From: Candidatus Aenigmatarchaeota archaeon
GTDB lineage: Archaea; Aenigmatarchaeota; Aenigmatarchaeia; Aenigmatarchaeales; JACQIB01
Direction of reading: 5' to 3'
NCBI GenBank assembly: GCA_043799675.1
Contig: JAZDNN010000024.1
Location: forward strand, 7,418 to 71,417
DNA: 64,000 nt
The translations under genes were made by a program, and so were the position numbers. The notes under the pieces were generated by a model. The model had not been told where the DNA came from. It searched no databases and was given only the letters and a program-made list of their open reading frames with translations. Of this stretch, positions 34,605-44,814 are shown piece by piece. The first letter of the stretch is position 1. Each line of letters begins with the position of its first letter.

Positions 34605-35419
34605 ATCCGTTGCGCATCCTGGTGATGGGGGACTTCGAGGGAAGCGTCCCGAATGGTTTGAAGAACTTTGTTAAGAGAGAGAAAATAGACTGCATGATAA
34701 GCCCCGGGGATTTCTCGGACACGGCGGAAATAAAGAAAATCGAGTTCGGCAACTGGGGCAAGAGATGGGCCGGGATTGTCGGTAAGGAAAAGGCGGAGAA
34801 ACTGATTGAAAAGTCGTTCAGGAACGGGATTGCAACGCTTAAGGTGCTTGATAATATCGGCATTCCGGTTTATTGCGTCTACGGGAACAATGACGTGTAT
34901 AGAATCGGAAATAAAAAACACCCGTTAAGCAGGAAAGTTTCAAGCATGAAAAACGTCAGGATGATCGGAGGCAAAACGGTGATGCTCGACGGCTTCACAC
35001 TGGCCGCGCACGGCGGCTACAGGGGGTTCGGGCAGAAAAAAGACAGGTTTGAGAAAGTGGATGCGAAGACCGCAAGGAAAATCGAAGACATCAGGAAAAA
35101 ATGGCGCATGCAACTGAGGAAACTGCTGGAAGGAAAGAGAAATGTCATGCTGCTCACGCACGACGTGCCGTACATGTGCAAGCTGGATATGATCCGGAAC
35201 AAGAAATCGCCGCTGGACGGCAAGCACATCGGCGACGAGCTCATCCGGGAAGCCATACTCAGGTACAAACCTGTGATTCACTTGTGCGGGCACATGCACG
35301 AGAACCAGGGAACATGCAGGGTAGGGAAAACAACGATAATCAACGGCGGTTTTGGTCGGTTGGGGCAGGCTGCAATCCTGGAACTGCCGGAAAAATCGGT
35401 AAAGTTCGTCAGTATCTGA
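34601..35419 (+). CDS. calcineurin-like metallophosphoesterase
   Basis: The GTG start overlaps the upstream TGA. Motifs are ILVMGDFEG, SPGDFSD, GNND, LLTHDVP and GHMHEN. Confidence 0.75.
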   Translation: MNPLRILVMGDFEGSVPNGLKNFVKREKIDCMISPGDFSDTAEIKKIEFGNWGKRWAGIVGKEKAEKLIEKSFRNGIATLKVLDNIGIPVYCVYGNNDVYRIGNKKHPLSRKVSSMKNVRMIGGKTVMLDGFTLAAHGGYRGFGQKKDRFEKVDAKTARKIEDIRKKWRMQLRKLLEGKRNVMLLTHDVPYMCKLDMIRNKKSPLDGKHIGDELIREAILRYKPVIHLCGHMHENQGTCRVGKTTIINGGFGRLGQAAILELPEKSVKFVSI

Positions 35420-35658
35420 ATTGCCTGTCAAAAGTTTTGGAAAAACCGCGCCAAGCTTTTATAACGATGTTATAAGAACCCGCCGATGATAGTAAAAATA
35501 GTTTTAAAAGGGGTTAAATGTGGCCGTGGGCCGATAATCTTATATGCTAATCGGTAGATTACTAAAGGATTAAGAAAAGCTGATAAGACCAGAAGTGATC
35601 ATATGCAAGTCAACAAAGTTGACCAAACAACAATTGGCTGCCAGAGGCAGCAGGTGCT

Positions 35659-35922
35659 ATGAGTATGGGAGACACAAAAGGCATTATCGTCACCTACCAC
35701 ATCGCCTATACCAAGGAGGTGCTGGTGCGGGTGCCCGGAATCAACAGCCGCAGGGACGCGGCGAAGCTAGTGGGCAAAAGGGCGACATGGTCCGACCCTA
35801 AAGGGGAGAAATATACGGGCATGGTCAATGGATTGCACGGGACCGCAGGGACGGTGAAGGTCAAGTTCAAGAGCCCGCTTCCTCCGACAGCCTTGGCGAA
35901 GCCCATTGACATAGCGGGCTGA
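35659..35922 (+). CDS. rpl35ae: ribosomal protein L35Ae
   Basis: 87 aa, with G.IV.Y......EVLV...GI.SR.DAAKLVGKRA.W and G...G.HG..G.VKVKF...LP typical of L35Ae. Confidence 0.8.
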   Translation: MSMGDTKGIIVTYHIAYTKEVLVRVPGINSRRDAAKLVGKRATWSDPKGEKYTGMVNGLHGTAGTVKVKFKSPLPPTALAKPIDIAG

Positions 35923-35977
35923 CAAAAACACGCCCAATACGCCGAAGCTATTTATGTAAACGGCTTTATTCTTGTCC

Positions 35978-38668
35978 ATGAAAAACGGCATTGACAAAGG
36001 AAGGCTGTTTTTGTCTCTCATGGTTATAGCCGGAACGTTTCTGCTGACCGGCGTCGGGGGAGTCAGCGGTTATCTAGTCATGACCGACACCATCCAGCCT
36101 GACAGCGGCGGGAAGGACGCCCATATGATATCGGGTTCCCCAAATTTCAATTACGGTGCGGATACAGGGATGGACATAAGAGGCGACGATAACAGGCGCG
36201 CCCTGATAGAGTTCAACCTTTCGAACGCATCGGCGTACACCAACATGATTTCCGCCACCATGAGGCTTTACGCGACCGCAAAGGGGTCCGCAGACCCGGT
36301 AGTGTACGTACACAGGGTGACCAATCCGTGGGTCGAAGGCAGCGGCACGGGTTCCAAAACGGGTGACGGCGTCACATGGAACAACCGGTCCGGCTCGCAG
36401 GCATGGACTTCGTCGGGCGGCGACTACGATCAGAACATCATTACGAACACCACGGTAACGGGCACGAACGCGTGGTTCAGCTGGGACGTGACCGACCTGG
36501 TACGAGGCTGGGCAAACGGGACGTATTCCAACTACGGCCTGCTCATCAGGACGAACACCACCAGCAGCGCCACGACCACCTTTTCCACCAGCGACAACGC
36601 GAATTCGAGCAGGCGGCCCGTCCTTGAAATAAGGTATTTCATACCCCTCAATATCGGTTTTGTGAGCCCGACCCCCGACAGCGGGAGCACGGTGAACCAG
36701 ACATGGGTGTATGTCAACGTGACCCTGTCCAACGGCAACGCCACTGCGGCAAAACTGGAGTTCAACGGGACAAACTACACGATGAGCAACGCCTCCGCAA
36801 CACCCGGCGTCAGGTGGTTCTACAACAAGACAAACATGGCCAACGGGAACTACACGTACAGGGTCTATGCCAATGACACCGATAACAGGGTTTTCTATAA
36901 TTCCTCGGTCAGGACCGTCACCGTCAATGTCTATACGGATTCCACACCGCCGCAATGGAGCAATGCAAACAGTTCAACACCGGCAACATATTCGACAACT
37001 TCATCATCGTTCAACGTCGCATGGACAGACAATGCAGGCATCTCCATTGCGCTGTTCGAATCGAACTACAGCGGAACGGCAACGAATTACACCATGTCCG
37101 GCTCCGGCACCTACAGCTATAGCGCCGTATTGCCGGCCGGGACGTTCTACTGGAAGAGCTATGCGAACGATACCAGCGGTAACCGGAACAGCACGGGCAT
37201 TCGGTACTTCACAATAGGCAGGGCAGACAACCCCGTCAACCTTTACCTGAACGGAAACAGGAACAGCAATATTACGATCGCTTACGGAACGCAATCCAAC
37301 GCCACGGGAACTGCCCAAGCAGGAACCGCGACCATGTTCAGAAACGATGCTTCAATCGGCAACCCTGAAACGGCCATATTCGGTGTCAACGCTGCCGGAC
37401 ATGCATACAAGGTCAACGCCACCGGAAACGCCAACTACTCAGATAACACCACCGGCATCACATATTACCTGATTATCAGCAAGGCGGCCTCGGCAGCTTC
37501 GTTGACGTTTTCACCGGCCTCGCCGGTCTCATATGGCACCGCGACAACTGCAAGATGTTCTTCAACAAATCCGGAAGGTGCGGCCAGGCTTTACAGGGAC
37601 GGCACGGATGTGACGACCGAGAACAATACCGCAATAATCCTTGGCGCAGGCACTTACGGGTATGTGTGCAACGCCAGTGCAACGCAGAACTACACGGCTG
37701 CAAACAGCAACAGCAGCTACGTTGTGAACAAGGCGGCCACAACTACAGCCTTGTTAATAGACGGGACACAGGCCGACAAGACCGTGACCTACGGCACGCA
37801 AACCAACGTGACGGCAACGACGTCCACCGGATCGTTGACACTTTACAGGAACGGGCTGGTCGTATCCAATCCTGACATCACAAACCTCGGGAACGGAACG
37901 TACAACTACACGGCATACAACTACGGAAATGCCAACTTTTCCGGCAGCTCGGTGACACGATGGGTGACCGTGGGCAGCATGACCTCATCCGTCCTGCTCA
38001 TGCTCGACGGGCAGCAGGCCGACCTGTCCGTGACCGCGGGGGATTCGGTCAACATAACCGCGGTTCTGGTCTCGCCTGCGGCAGGGAACCTGAACCTGGC
38101 CATGGACGGCACGACCATCGATTCCGGCCCGTCGCCGCTGCAGAACATCACACTCTTTGCTAATGCAGGCACGTTTTTCATCAATGCGAGCTATGCGGGC
38201 AACGCCAACTATACCCCGGCCAACGCGGGCCTGTACGTGACGGTGCAGAACTCAAAAGCACCCTCCAAAAAAGCGCTAGTGGTCCAGGCGGGCCCGGACG
38301 CGTGCCTGAGATGCCCGCCCCTGACCGACTGGTCCGCATGCGCTGACGGGAAGCAGACAAGGACCGCCTATGATTGCGCCAGCACCACCGCCTATCGCTG
38401 CATCCCGAGGACCGAGGAAAACGCCTGCACCAATCCTGCGCCCCCGATAGTCCAGGAAAACCGGCCGGCCCAGACCGCGCAAGGGGCAGCCGGAAATGCC
38501 AACAATCCGGCGGGCGGGACCGCCCCGCTGGCCGCAGTGACGGGCGCGGCAGGCGCCATGCCGGGCCTGGAACTGATTGCCGGCCTGGCAATCCTGGCCG
38601 GAGGCATAGGGCTGGTCTGGATGAGGCGTACACGGCATCCGCACAGACCGTCAAAAAGGCCCCGCTGA
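35978..38668 (+). CDS. large surface glycoprotein (S-layer-like) with DNRLRE-type domain and C-terminal TM anchor
   Basis: About 896 aa from ATG 35978.
- N-terminal signal/anchor.
- GDDNRRALIEFNLSN...ATMRLYA, a DNRLRE/disaggregatase-like domain.
- Dozens of N-x-S/T sequons in repeated Ig-like segments.
- One Cys-rich TDWSAC..GKQTRT module.
- C-terminal PGLELIAGLAILAGGIGLVWMRRTRH anchor. Confidence 0.7.
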   Translation: MKNGIDKGRLFLSLMVIAGTFLLTGVGGVSGYLVMTDTIQPDSGGKDAHMISGSPNFNYGADTGMDIRGDDNRRALIEFNLSNASAYTNMISATMRLYATAKGSADPVVYVHRVTNPWVEGSGTGSKTGDGVTWNNRSGSQAWTSSGGDYDQNIITNTTVTGTNAWFSWDVTDLVRGWANGTYSNYGLLIRTNTTSSATTTFSTSDNANSSRRPVLEIRYFIPLNIGFVSPTPDSGSTVNQTWVYVNVTLSNGNATAAKLEFNGTNYTMSNASATPGVRWFYNKTNMANGNYTYRVYANDTDNRVFYNSSVRTVTVNVYTDSTPPQWSNANSSTPATYSTTSSSFNVAWTDNAGISIALFESNYSGTATNYTMSGSGTYSYSAVLPAGTFYWKSYANDTSGNRNSTGIRYFTIGRADNPVNLYLNGNRNSNITIAYGTQSNATGTAQAGTATMFRNDASIGNPETAIFGVNAAGHAYKVNATGNANYSDNTTGITYYLIISKAASAASLTFSPASPVSYGTATTARCSSTNPEGAARLYRDGTDVTTENNTAIILGAGTYGYVCNASATQNYTAANSNSSYVVNKAATTTALLIDGTQADKTVTYGTQTNVTATTSTGSLTLYRNGLVVSNPDITNLGNGTYNYTAYNYGNANFSGSSVTRWVTVGSMTSSVLLMLDGQQADLSVTAGDSVNITAVLVSPAAGNLNLAMDGTTIDSGPSPLQNITLFANAGTFFINASYAGNANYTPANAGLYVTVQNSKAPSKKALVVQAGPDACLRCPPLTDWSACADGKQTRTAYDCASTTAYRCIPRTEENACTNPAPPIVQENRPAQTAQGAAGNANNPAGGTAPLAAVTGAAGAMPGLELIAGLAILAGGIGLVWMRRTRHPHRPSKRPR

Positions 38669-38712
38669 CATAACCGCCAACGGAAGAAGGCAACGCATTT
38701 TATAAGCCAGCT

Positions 38713-39435
38713 TTGTTAAAATTACATGTGGTAAAGAAAGCCGGAAAAACCGAGGAACGCCCGACACTTCAGCGGGTGACGACAGGCATCACGGGGCTTG
38801 ACAAGCTTCTGGAAGGCGGCCTGGTGAAAGGCAGCACCGTCCTGCTCGCCGGCGGACCCGGCACCGGAAAGACCATTTTCTGCGCCCAGTTCCTGATGGA
38901 GGGGCTGAAAAGGGGCGAAAAGTGCCTTTACATAACGCTTGAAGAAAGTCCCGAGGACATAATCGACGACTGCATGCGGTTCGGGTGGGACCTTTCCAAA
39001 TACCTGGCCAACTGCCAGCTGAAAATCGAATTCAAGGACCCGCTGGAAATGGTCGACGTCAAAAGGGAGTTTCTGGACAACCTGTGCCGGCTGAAAATGG
39101 ACAGGGTGGTCATAGACAGCACATCGGTGATGGGGCTCTACTTCAAGAACCCGTCCGACATCAGGAAGAACCTGTACCAGACCCTGCAGGCCATCAAACG
39201 GAGCGGCGCGACCACGGTAGTAACAGCGGAAGCGCCGGAAGAAGGGAAGACCATAACGCGATTTGGGGTGGAGGAATACGTGACGGACGGCGTGATAACC
39301 ATGCATTTTGTCGGATTCGGTGGCGCTTCCTACCACAGCCTCCAGATACGGAAGATGAGACGGACCGACCACGGCAAGGACATCTACCCGATGTTCATCA
39401 ACAGGAACGGTATCGAAATAAAGAAACTGGAATAA
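38713..39435 (+). CDS. KaiC-like RecA-superfamily ATPase (second copy)
   Basis: About 240 aa. The start codon is uncertain (TTG at 38713 or GTG at 38728). It has ITGLDKLLEGGLVKGSTVLLAGGPGTGKTIF (Walker A) and RVVIDS (Walker B). Confidence 0.75.
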   Translation: MLKLHVVKKAGKTEERPTLQRVTTGITGLDKLLEGGLVKGSTVLLAGGPGTGKTIFCAQFLMEGLKRGEKCLYITLEESPEDIIDDCMRFGWDLSKYLANCQLKIEFKDPLEMVDVKREFLDNLCRLKMDRVVIDSTSVMGLYFKNPSDIRKNLYQTLQAIKRSGATTVVTAEAPEEGKTITRFGVEEYVTDGVITMHFVGFGGASYHSLQIRKMRRTDHGKDIYPMFINRNGIEIKKLE

Positions 39436-39437
39436 AA

Positions 39438-40811
39438 TTAGAACTTCTTGACTATACGAAGGCGCTTGGGGGTGCCGTTTACCACAAGCATCTTCTGGAA
39501 TTCGTCATGCGGGACGGGATGAACGTTAACGTTCAGTATTCCCGCTTCATACGCCTGGAACAGCTGCTCCGTACGCTGGTCCTTTGAGAGGCTATCCAGG
39601 ATGGCATCGGTTATCCGCCCCTTGTCAAGCCCGCCATTGTCAATCAGTATGTCGAACTTGTGGGTCTTGCCTTCGGAATCCTTGCTCCAATGTATCTGCC
39701 AGTCGGGTATCAAATACTCCTGTCCGACCTCCTCGAACCTGCGCTCTATGTGATTCTCATAGGTCTTGGCCCCGCCTATGTTCAGCACCTTGTCTGTCCT
39801 CGATATCACGCGGGCGTTCGGCGCGGTTATGCCGCACGGGCATTCGGTATCAATGATCTCGATGACGTCCCCTATATCATAGTTGATGAGCGCAAAGGCC
39901 TCCCTGTTCGGGGTTGTGGCACGCAAGGGCCCGATGTCCCCTTTCTTGCATTCCCACAGCCACTTGGGTCCCTCGTCGGTCATGAGCTGGTAGATGTTAT
40001 CATCGAGAAACATGTGTGAACCTCGATGATGCTTGCATTCGACCGCCGGGGACGAAAGCTCGGCGGAGCCGTACATCTCGTATGCCTCGACTCCGAACCT
40101 TCCGAACGCTTCCCTCTGCTTCCCGTTCATCGCCTCGCCTGCCATCACGGCCATCCTCAATTTCGGGAACACCTTCTTCAGCGGGGCGGGAATCTTTTCG
40201 GCCATCGTATCCAAGAAGCGTATGCCTATCGGGGGCACCCCGGTCAGCCCGACTATGCTGCCCGCGTTCTTCATCAGGCTGCCCATAAGCTCCTGGGGTC
40301 TTGCCATGATTCCCCTTGTCACCGGTATGCTGCCGAGACCGTACGCGTCGGACGTCCAGCCGGACATTATCTGGGAACAATGGGGTGGCTCCGCTCCGAT
40401 GTTGATGACCACGTCGCCCTTTGAAAGCTCCGACATGAATGCATACCTTGACCCATAGGCCCCCAGCCTCCTGGTATCATACTCGCTGAACGGATAGAAC
40501 TTCATCTTCCTGCTGCCGGTGGAACATAACCAACCGTCATTGGCCTGTTTCACCGGTCCGGATGGGATGAGAGGGTCGCGTTCCTTGAAGCCCGTGTAGA
40601 AATCCGGCGTAAGAACCGGAACCTCCTGAAGGACGGCGAGCTCGGCAGAATAGCTTTTCCCGCCCCAGAGAAGCCTGTAGACCTCGGATTTCTTCGCACG
40701 CTCCATGACTTCCGATTCGGCGAGCATCGTCTCCGCCTGCTCCCTGAACTTGGAGCGCGGCATGTACATCGCTTCTTTCACTTCATCCAAAGAGGGTATC
40801 GGTCTCATCAT
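39438..40811 (-). CDS. adenylate-forming enzyme, phenylacetate-CoA ligase / coenzyme F390 synthetase-like
   Basis: Start taken at MMRPIPS (40811), just after the upstream stop. The PaaK-like features are SSGTTG-equivalent STGSRKMKFYPF, YGSAE and a C-terminal ACT-like region. This is family-level only. Confidence 0.65.
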   Translation of the reverse strand: MMRPIPSLDEVKEAMYMPRSKFREQAETMLAESEVMERAKKSEVYRLLWGGKSYSAELAVLQEVPVLTPDFYTGFKERDPLIPSGPVKQANDGWLCSTGSRKMKFYPFSEYDTRRLGAYGSRYAFMSELSKGDVVINIGAEPPHCSQIMSGWTSDAYGLGSIPVTRGIMARPQELMGSLMKNAGSIVGLTGVPPIGIRFLDTMAEKIPAPLKKVFPKLRMAVMAGEAMNGKQREAFGRFGVEAYEMYGSAELSSPAVECKHHRGSHMFLDDNIYQLMTDEGPKWLWECKKGDIGPLRATTPNREAFALINYDIGDVIEIIDTECPCGITAPNARVISRTDKVLNIGGAKTYENHIERRFEEVGQEYLIPDWQIHWSKDSEGKTHKFDILIDNGGLDKGRITDAILDSLSKDQRTEQLFQAYEAGILNVNVHPVPHDEFQKMLVVNGTPKRLRIVKKF

Positions 40812-40813
40812 AA

Positions 40814-41347
40814 TCACTTCACTTTCAGCACGAACTCGCAGTAAGGCGCGCCCATCGCGAGGCACCTGGTCTCCTCGCACCCGAACTTCTTGCCCTTGAA
40901 GGCGCTCTCGAACACGCCGACCATGGTGCCGCAGAAGAACCAGTCGACGGGGAACCTGGTCTTCCCGTTCAGCTTCAGCACCTCGCGCGCCATGGTGGAA
41001 TCCCTTATGTGCACCGTGGCTTCGCCGCTGAACGGGTCGTACTTGGTGACCTCCATCAGGCCGATGCCCATCATGTTGCTGCTGTCGGCCATCTGGTCGG
41101 AGAACTTCTGCTTGTCGACGCCGAAGTGCTCCATGGAGACCTTGCCTATGAGACGGCCGTGGTTCATGCCCGCTTCGTAGAACATGTCGAACGCTTTCTT
41201 GCCCTCCGTCTTGTAAATCTTCAGGAATATTTCCGCAAGGACGGGCGAGGAAACTATCACGGCACCGACGCCCATTATCTCTATCTTGCCCTCATCGAAG
41301 CTGGCGAGGTTGGCGAAAATCATCTTGTTCATGAACTTGGAAAACAT
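40814..41347 (-). CDS. V4R (4-vinyl reductase-like) small-molecule-binding domain protein
   Basis: 177 aa. The C-terminal EETRCLAMGAPYCEFVLKV matches the V4R E..C...G...C.F signature. Confidence 0.65.
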   Translation of the reverse strand: MFSKFMNKMIFANLASFDEGKIEIMGVGAVIVSSPVLAEIFLKIYKTEGKKAFDMFYEAGMNHGRLIGKVSMEHFGVDKQKFSDQMADSSNMMGIGLMEVTKYDPFSGEATVHIRDSTMAREVLKLNGKTRFPVDWFFCGTMVGVFESAFKGKKFGCEETRCLAMGAPYCEFVLKVK

Positions 41348-41439
41348 ACGATACCAGTCTTACGATACCTATTTTCACAAATAAAGGTTCCTCCCGACAA
41401 AAGTTAACGGGATTTATCCTTTGCGCCTGAAGTATCCGC

Positions 41440-43065
41440 ATGGCGAGAGTGTTCCTGAGCCCGATATACGGCGACAAGAAAACGCAGACGTTCGACTGCC
41501 TGACGCCGAATCCGGGTCCGGCAATGCTGGCAGCCTCGCTGCTGAAGGAAGGCCAAACCGTCCGCATCTACGACCCGAACCTTCCGCGCAACAGCATGAA
41601 GGGGCTTGAGACTTGCATAGACGGGTACGACCCCGACCTGCTTGCCCTCAGCGTCTACCAGAACGGCTTCTTCGACACGATAGACCTGGCAAAGAGGGTC
41701 AAGAAAAAACACCCGGAAATCAAGATAGCCGCCGGCGGACCGCAGATAACCACATGGGACTCCTACGTCTACAACGTGACCGATGCGTTCGACGTCCTCG
41801 GCATCGGGGAAGGCGAATACACGATAACCGGCCTGGCGGATTGGGCGGACGGCGGTAAGCTGGGCGAAGTTCCCGGAATAATCTACAAGGAAGGGGGAGA
41901 AATCAGAAGGAACCCGCCGAAGGTGTTCACGAACCTTGATGAGCTTCCCTCACCCGCATGGCAGCTGTTCGAGCTGGACAAGTACCTGCCGATGTTCCCT
42001 CTCGAGCTCGGAAGGAGCTGCCCATGGGCCAAGTGCGCATTCTGCGTGCACGGAAAGCTCTCGGGAAAGAGGAGGGAACGCTCGCCAAAAATCTCTGTCG
42101 ACGAAATGGAGAGAGACATAAAGGAATACGGAATGACCAACTTCAGGATAACCGACTCATCGCCCACACATCGCACGCTGGAAGGCTTTTCGGACGAGAT
42201 TCTCAACAGAAAACTGAAGGAGAAGTATGACGTCAAGTGGTGCACCCTGGTAAGGGCCAAGGAAACGGATTTCCCTTTATCGAAGAAGATGCATGCGGCC
42301 GGATGCGTTGCCGAATTCATCGGTGCGGAGTCCGGGGACGACCAGATGCTCCGGCGCATGAACAAGGGCGAAACAGCTGACGAAAATCGCAAGGCAATCA
42401 TGGCGGCAAAAGATGCCGGGGTGAAGGCGTCTGTCAGCACCATAATCGGCTTCCCGGGGGAGACCGAGGAGAGCATCCAGAAGACGGTCAATCTCATTTA
42501 CGAGACCATGCCGGACTCTGTCATGATATACCCGCTGGGCGTGATGCCCAGCACGCCGCTGTCGGGAAACCCCGAAAAATACGGAATCAAGCTGCATGAA
42601 GACTGGAAAGAAAAGTTCATGAAAACCAGTGTCAAGCTGATAGGCGGAAGGATGAAGGTGCCCCATTATTTCGATTACGCGGACGGGAAGCCGAACACTT
42701 ATTACGGCAAGAAAGTTGGCAAGCTCCTCATGAAGAACGCGAAGGCGCTGGTCCGGAAGGGGGTGCTCATCCAGGTACCGGAGCACCTGTTCCTGTTCGC
42801 GGAAATGCTGGAAAAGGAGAAGGCCGGAAGGCTCATCAACAATCCGGAGGCGGCATACGAATCCAAAATCAAGAATGCCTGGACCACCGTGAAAAAGAAG
42901 GCCGTGAAAGCGATGGGCAAACCGGATTTCCCGTACGAGATGAAAATGATGAACGGCTTCCACAGCTGGCTGAGGAACGGGTATGCCGAGGGCGTTGAAG
43001 AGATTGTCGGCATGATGTGGGAAAACAGCAGGGCCCGGGCCGGGGGCAAAGCGAAGGCATTATAA
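41440..43065 (+). CDS. B12-binding-domain radical SAM enzyme
   Basis: 541 aa. An N-terminal Rossmann-like B12-binding region is followed by the GRSCPWAKCAFC radical-SAM cysteine cluster and a TIM-barrel region. Confidence 0.75.
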   Translation: MARVFLSPIYGDKKTQTFDCLTPNPGPAMLAASLLKEGQTVRIYDPNLPRNSMKGLETCIDGYDPDLLALSVYQNGFFDTIDLAKRVKKKHPEIKIAAGGPQITTWDSYVYNVTDAFDVLGIGEGEYTITGLADWADGGKLGEVPGIIYKEGGEIRRNPPKVFTNLDELPSPAWQLFELDKYLPMFPLELGRSCPWAKCAFCVHGKLSGKRRERSPKISVDEMERDIKEYGMTNFRITDSSPTHRTLEGFSDEILNRKLKEKYDVKWCTLVRAKETDFPLSKKMHAAGCVAEFIGAESGDDQMLRRMNKGETADENRKAIMAAKDAGVKASVSTIIGFPGETEESIQKTVNLIYETMPDSVMIYPLGVMPSTPLSGNPEKYGIKLHEDWKEKFMKTSVKLIGGRMKVPHYFDYADGKPNTYYGKKVGKLLMKNAKALVRKGVLIQVPEHLFLFAEMLEKEKAGRLINNPEAAYESKIKNAWTTVKKKAVKAMGKPDFPYEMKMMNGFHSWLRNGYAEGVEEIVGMMWENSRARAGGKAKAL

Positions 43066-43087
43066 GCGGCAGAATGCTTTTTCTCTG

Positions 43088-44743
43088 ATGTCGTGGCACG
43101 AGCTGAAGGCGGAAATTGCGAAGCATCTTGATGTGCCGGAGCAGGAAATAGAAGAGCCCGGCAAGGAAGGTTTCGGGGACTTTGCGTGGCCGGCATTCTC
43201 GAAAGCAAAGGCAGAAAAGAAGAACCCGGTCGAGATTGCAAAGGCACTTGCAGCCAAGCTCAAGGTGAAAGGGATAAAGGAAATCAAGGCGGTCGGGCCG
43301 TACGTCAACTTCTTTGTCGACTGGGCTGCGCTTGGGAACGACATTCTGAAAGAGGCCGGATCCGGCTACGGAAAAGGGAAGGAAAAGAAAAGAGCGGTCA
43401 TAGACCTGAGCAGCCCGAACCCCGCACACCCGTTCCACATGGGGACGGTGAGGAGCACGGTGATAGGCGAGGCGGTAGCAAGGACACTTGAAAGCAGGGG
43501 ATGGAAGGTCGACAGGCTGTGCTATGTCAACGACCTTGGAAAGCAGGCAGCCACTTTGCTTACAGGATACCTGCGCTATGCGAACGGGCAGAAACCGGAA
43601 GGAAAGCCGGACGTCTGGCTCGGCAAGCTTTACATGAAAATCAACGAGGAGAGCGAACAGATAGAGGACGAGGTGTTCCAGAACCTGCACAAGTACGAGC
43701 TCGGCGACAAGACGATGAGGGAGCTCGGAAGGAAGGTTTTCGGCTGGTGCCTTGAAGGGTTCGGGCAGAACTGGAAGCTGCTCGGGGTTAAGTTCGACCA
43801 CATGTTCTGGGAATCCGACCTGGTCGGGGAGAGCAAACTGATAATCAAGGAGCTCGAGAAGAAGAAACTCACGTTCGAATCGGAGGGGGCGATGGTGCTG
43901 AATCTTGAGCCGCACGGCCTTCCGAACACCATAATCCAGCGGAAGGACGGCTCCGGTCTCTACCTCTCAAGGGACATACCGCAGGCGATATGGAGATGGA
44001 AGAACATGAAGCCCGACCTGAACCTGTACGTGGTCGCGGAGGGGCAGAGCACCCACTTCAACCAGCTGTTCAAGACGCTGGAGCTGCTCGGCCACGGGGA
44101 GCTGGCAAAGAGGAGCAGGCATCTCGCTTACGGGACGGTGCTACTTGAGGGGGAGAAGATGTCCTCAAGGAAGGGCATCACGGTCCTGTGGGACCAGCTG
44201 CTTGAAGAGGGGATAAAGCGGGCCAAAGAGGAGATAATCGGGCGCTGGCCCGACCTGAGCGAGAAGGAAAGGAATGAAAGGGCGGAACAGATAGCGGTCG
44301 GCGCAATCGTATATTACATCCTAAAATATTCACCGGAGAAGACGGTCAACTTCACCTGGAGCGAGGCAATGAGGTTCGAAGGGGACACCGGACCATACCT
44401 GCAATACACCCATGCAAGGGCCAAGAGCATACTCGCAAAGGAGAAGGCAAAATCGTTCGATGCCAAGCACCTCACGGATGAAAAGGAGAAAAACCTGCTG
44501 AGGATGCTTGCCCAGTGGCCTTCCGTGCTGAAAAAATCGGCAGCGGACCTCCAGCCTCATCAGGTCGCCGAATACCTCCACAGGCTTGCCGATTCATTCA
44601 ACGAGTTCTACCAGACGGTAAGGGTGATACAGGCGGAAAAGAACGAGCAGAAGCAGGCGAGGCTGAAACTGGTCGAGGCGGTCTCCGAGGTCCTCAAGAC
44701 GGCGATGACACTGCTGGCAGTTCCTTCACCTGACAAGATGTGA
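43088..44743 (+). CDS. argS: arginine--tRNA ligase
   Basis: 551 aa. It has SSPNPAHPFHMGTVRS (HIGH-type), MSSRKG (KMSK-type) and a C-terminal DALR anticodon-binding region ending ...PDKM. Confidence 0.9.
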   Translation: MSWHELKAEIAKHLDVPEQEIEEPGKEGFGDFAWPAFSKAKAEKKNPVEIAKALAAKLKVKGIKEIKAVGPYVNFFVDWAALGNDILKEAGSGYGKGKEKKRAVIDLSSPNPAHPFHMGTVRSTVIGEAVARTLESRGWKVDRLCYVNDLGKQAATLLTGYLRYANGQKPEGKPDVWLGKLYMKINEESEQIEDEVFQNLHKYELGDKTMRELGRKVFGWCLEGFGQNWKLLGVKFDHMFWESDLVGESKLIIKELEKKKLTFESEGAMVLNLEPHGLPNTIIQRKDGSGLYLSRDIPQAIWRWKNMKPDLNLYVVAEGQSTHFNQLFKTLELLGHGELAKRSRHLAYGTVLLEGEKMSSRKGITVLWDQLLEEGIKRAKEEIIGRWPDLSEKERNERAEQIAVGAIVYYILKYSPEKTVNFTWSEAMRFEGDTGPYLQYTHARAKSILAKEKAKSFDAKHLTDEKEKNLLRMLAQWPSVLKKSAADLQPHQVAEYLHRLADSFNEFYQTVRVIQAEKNEQKQARLKLVEAVSEVLKTAMTLLAVPSPDKM

Positions 44744-44814
44744 GCCCCGAGAGAACCTAGGTTCCCTTAAGGGTTTATTCCTCCTAAATTGGCTGCGGCC
44801 ATAATGAGAAAATA

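Noticed and set aside
35420-35658. A possible ncRNA (box C/D or other) in the AT-rich 240-nt gap upstream of rpl35ae
   Set aside because: GAUGAUA and CUGAUAA occur, but they are 95 nt apart, do not match the RUGAUGA/CUGA consensus in register, and have no terminal stem. This is more likely promoter and leader sequence.
36074-36955. 293-aa minus-strand ORF, and several ORFs of 70-170 aa between 36376 and 38693
   Set aside because: They are alternate-frame or antisense products of the 896-aa surface-protein gene, whose repeats and sequon pattern identify the true frame.
42869-43915. 348-aa minus-strand ORF, and 42277..42963
   Set aside because: They are antisense to argS and the radical SAM gene. 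Shadow ORFs.
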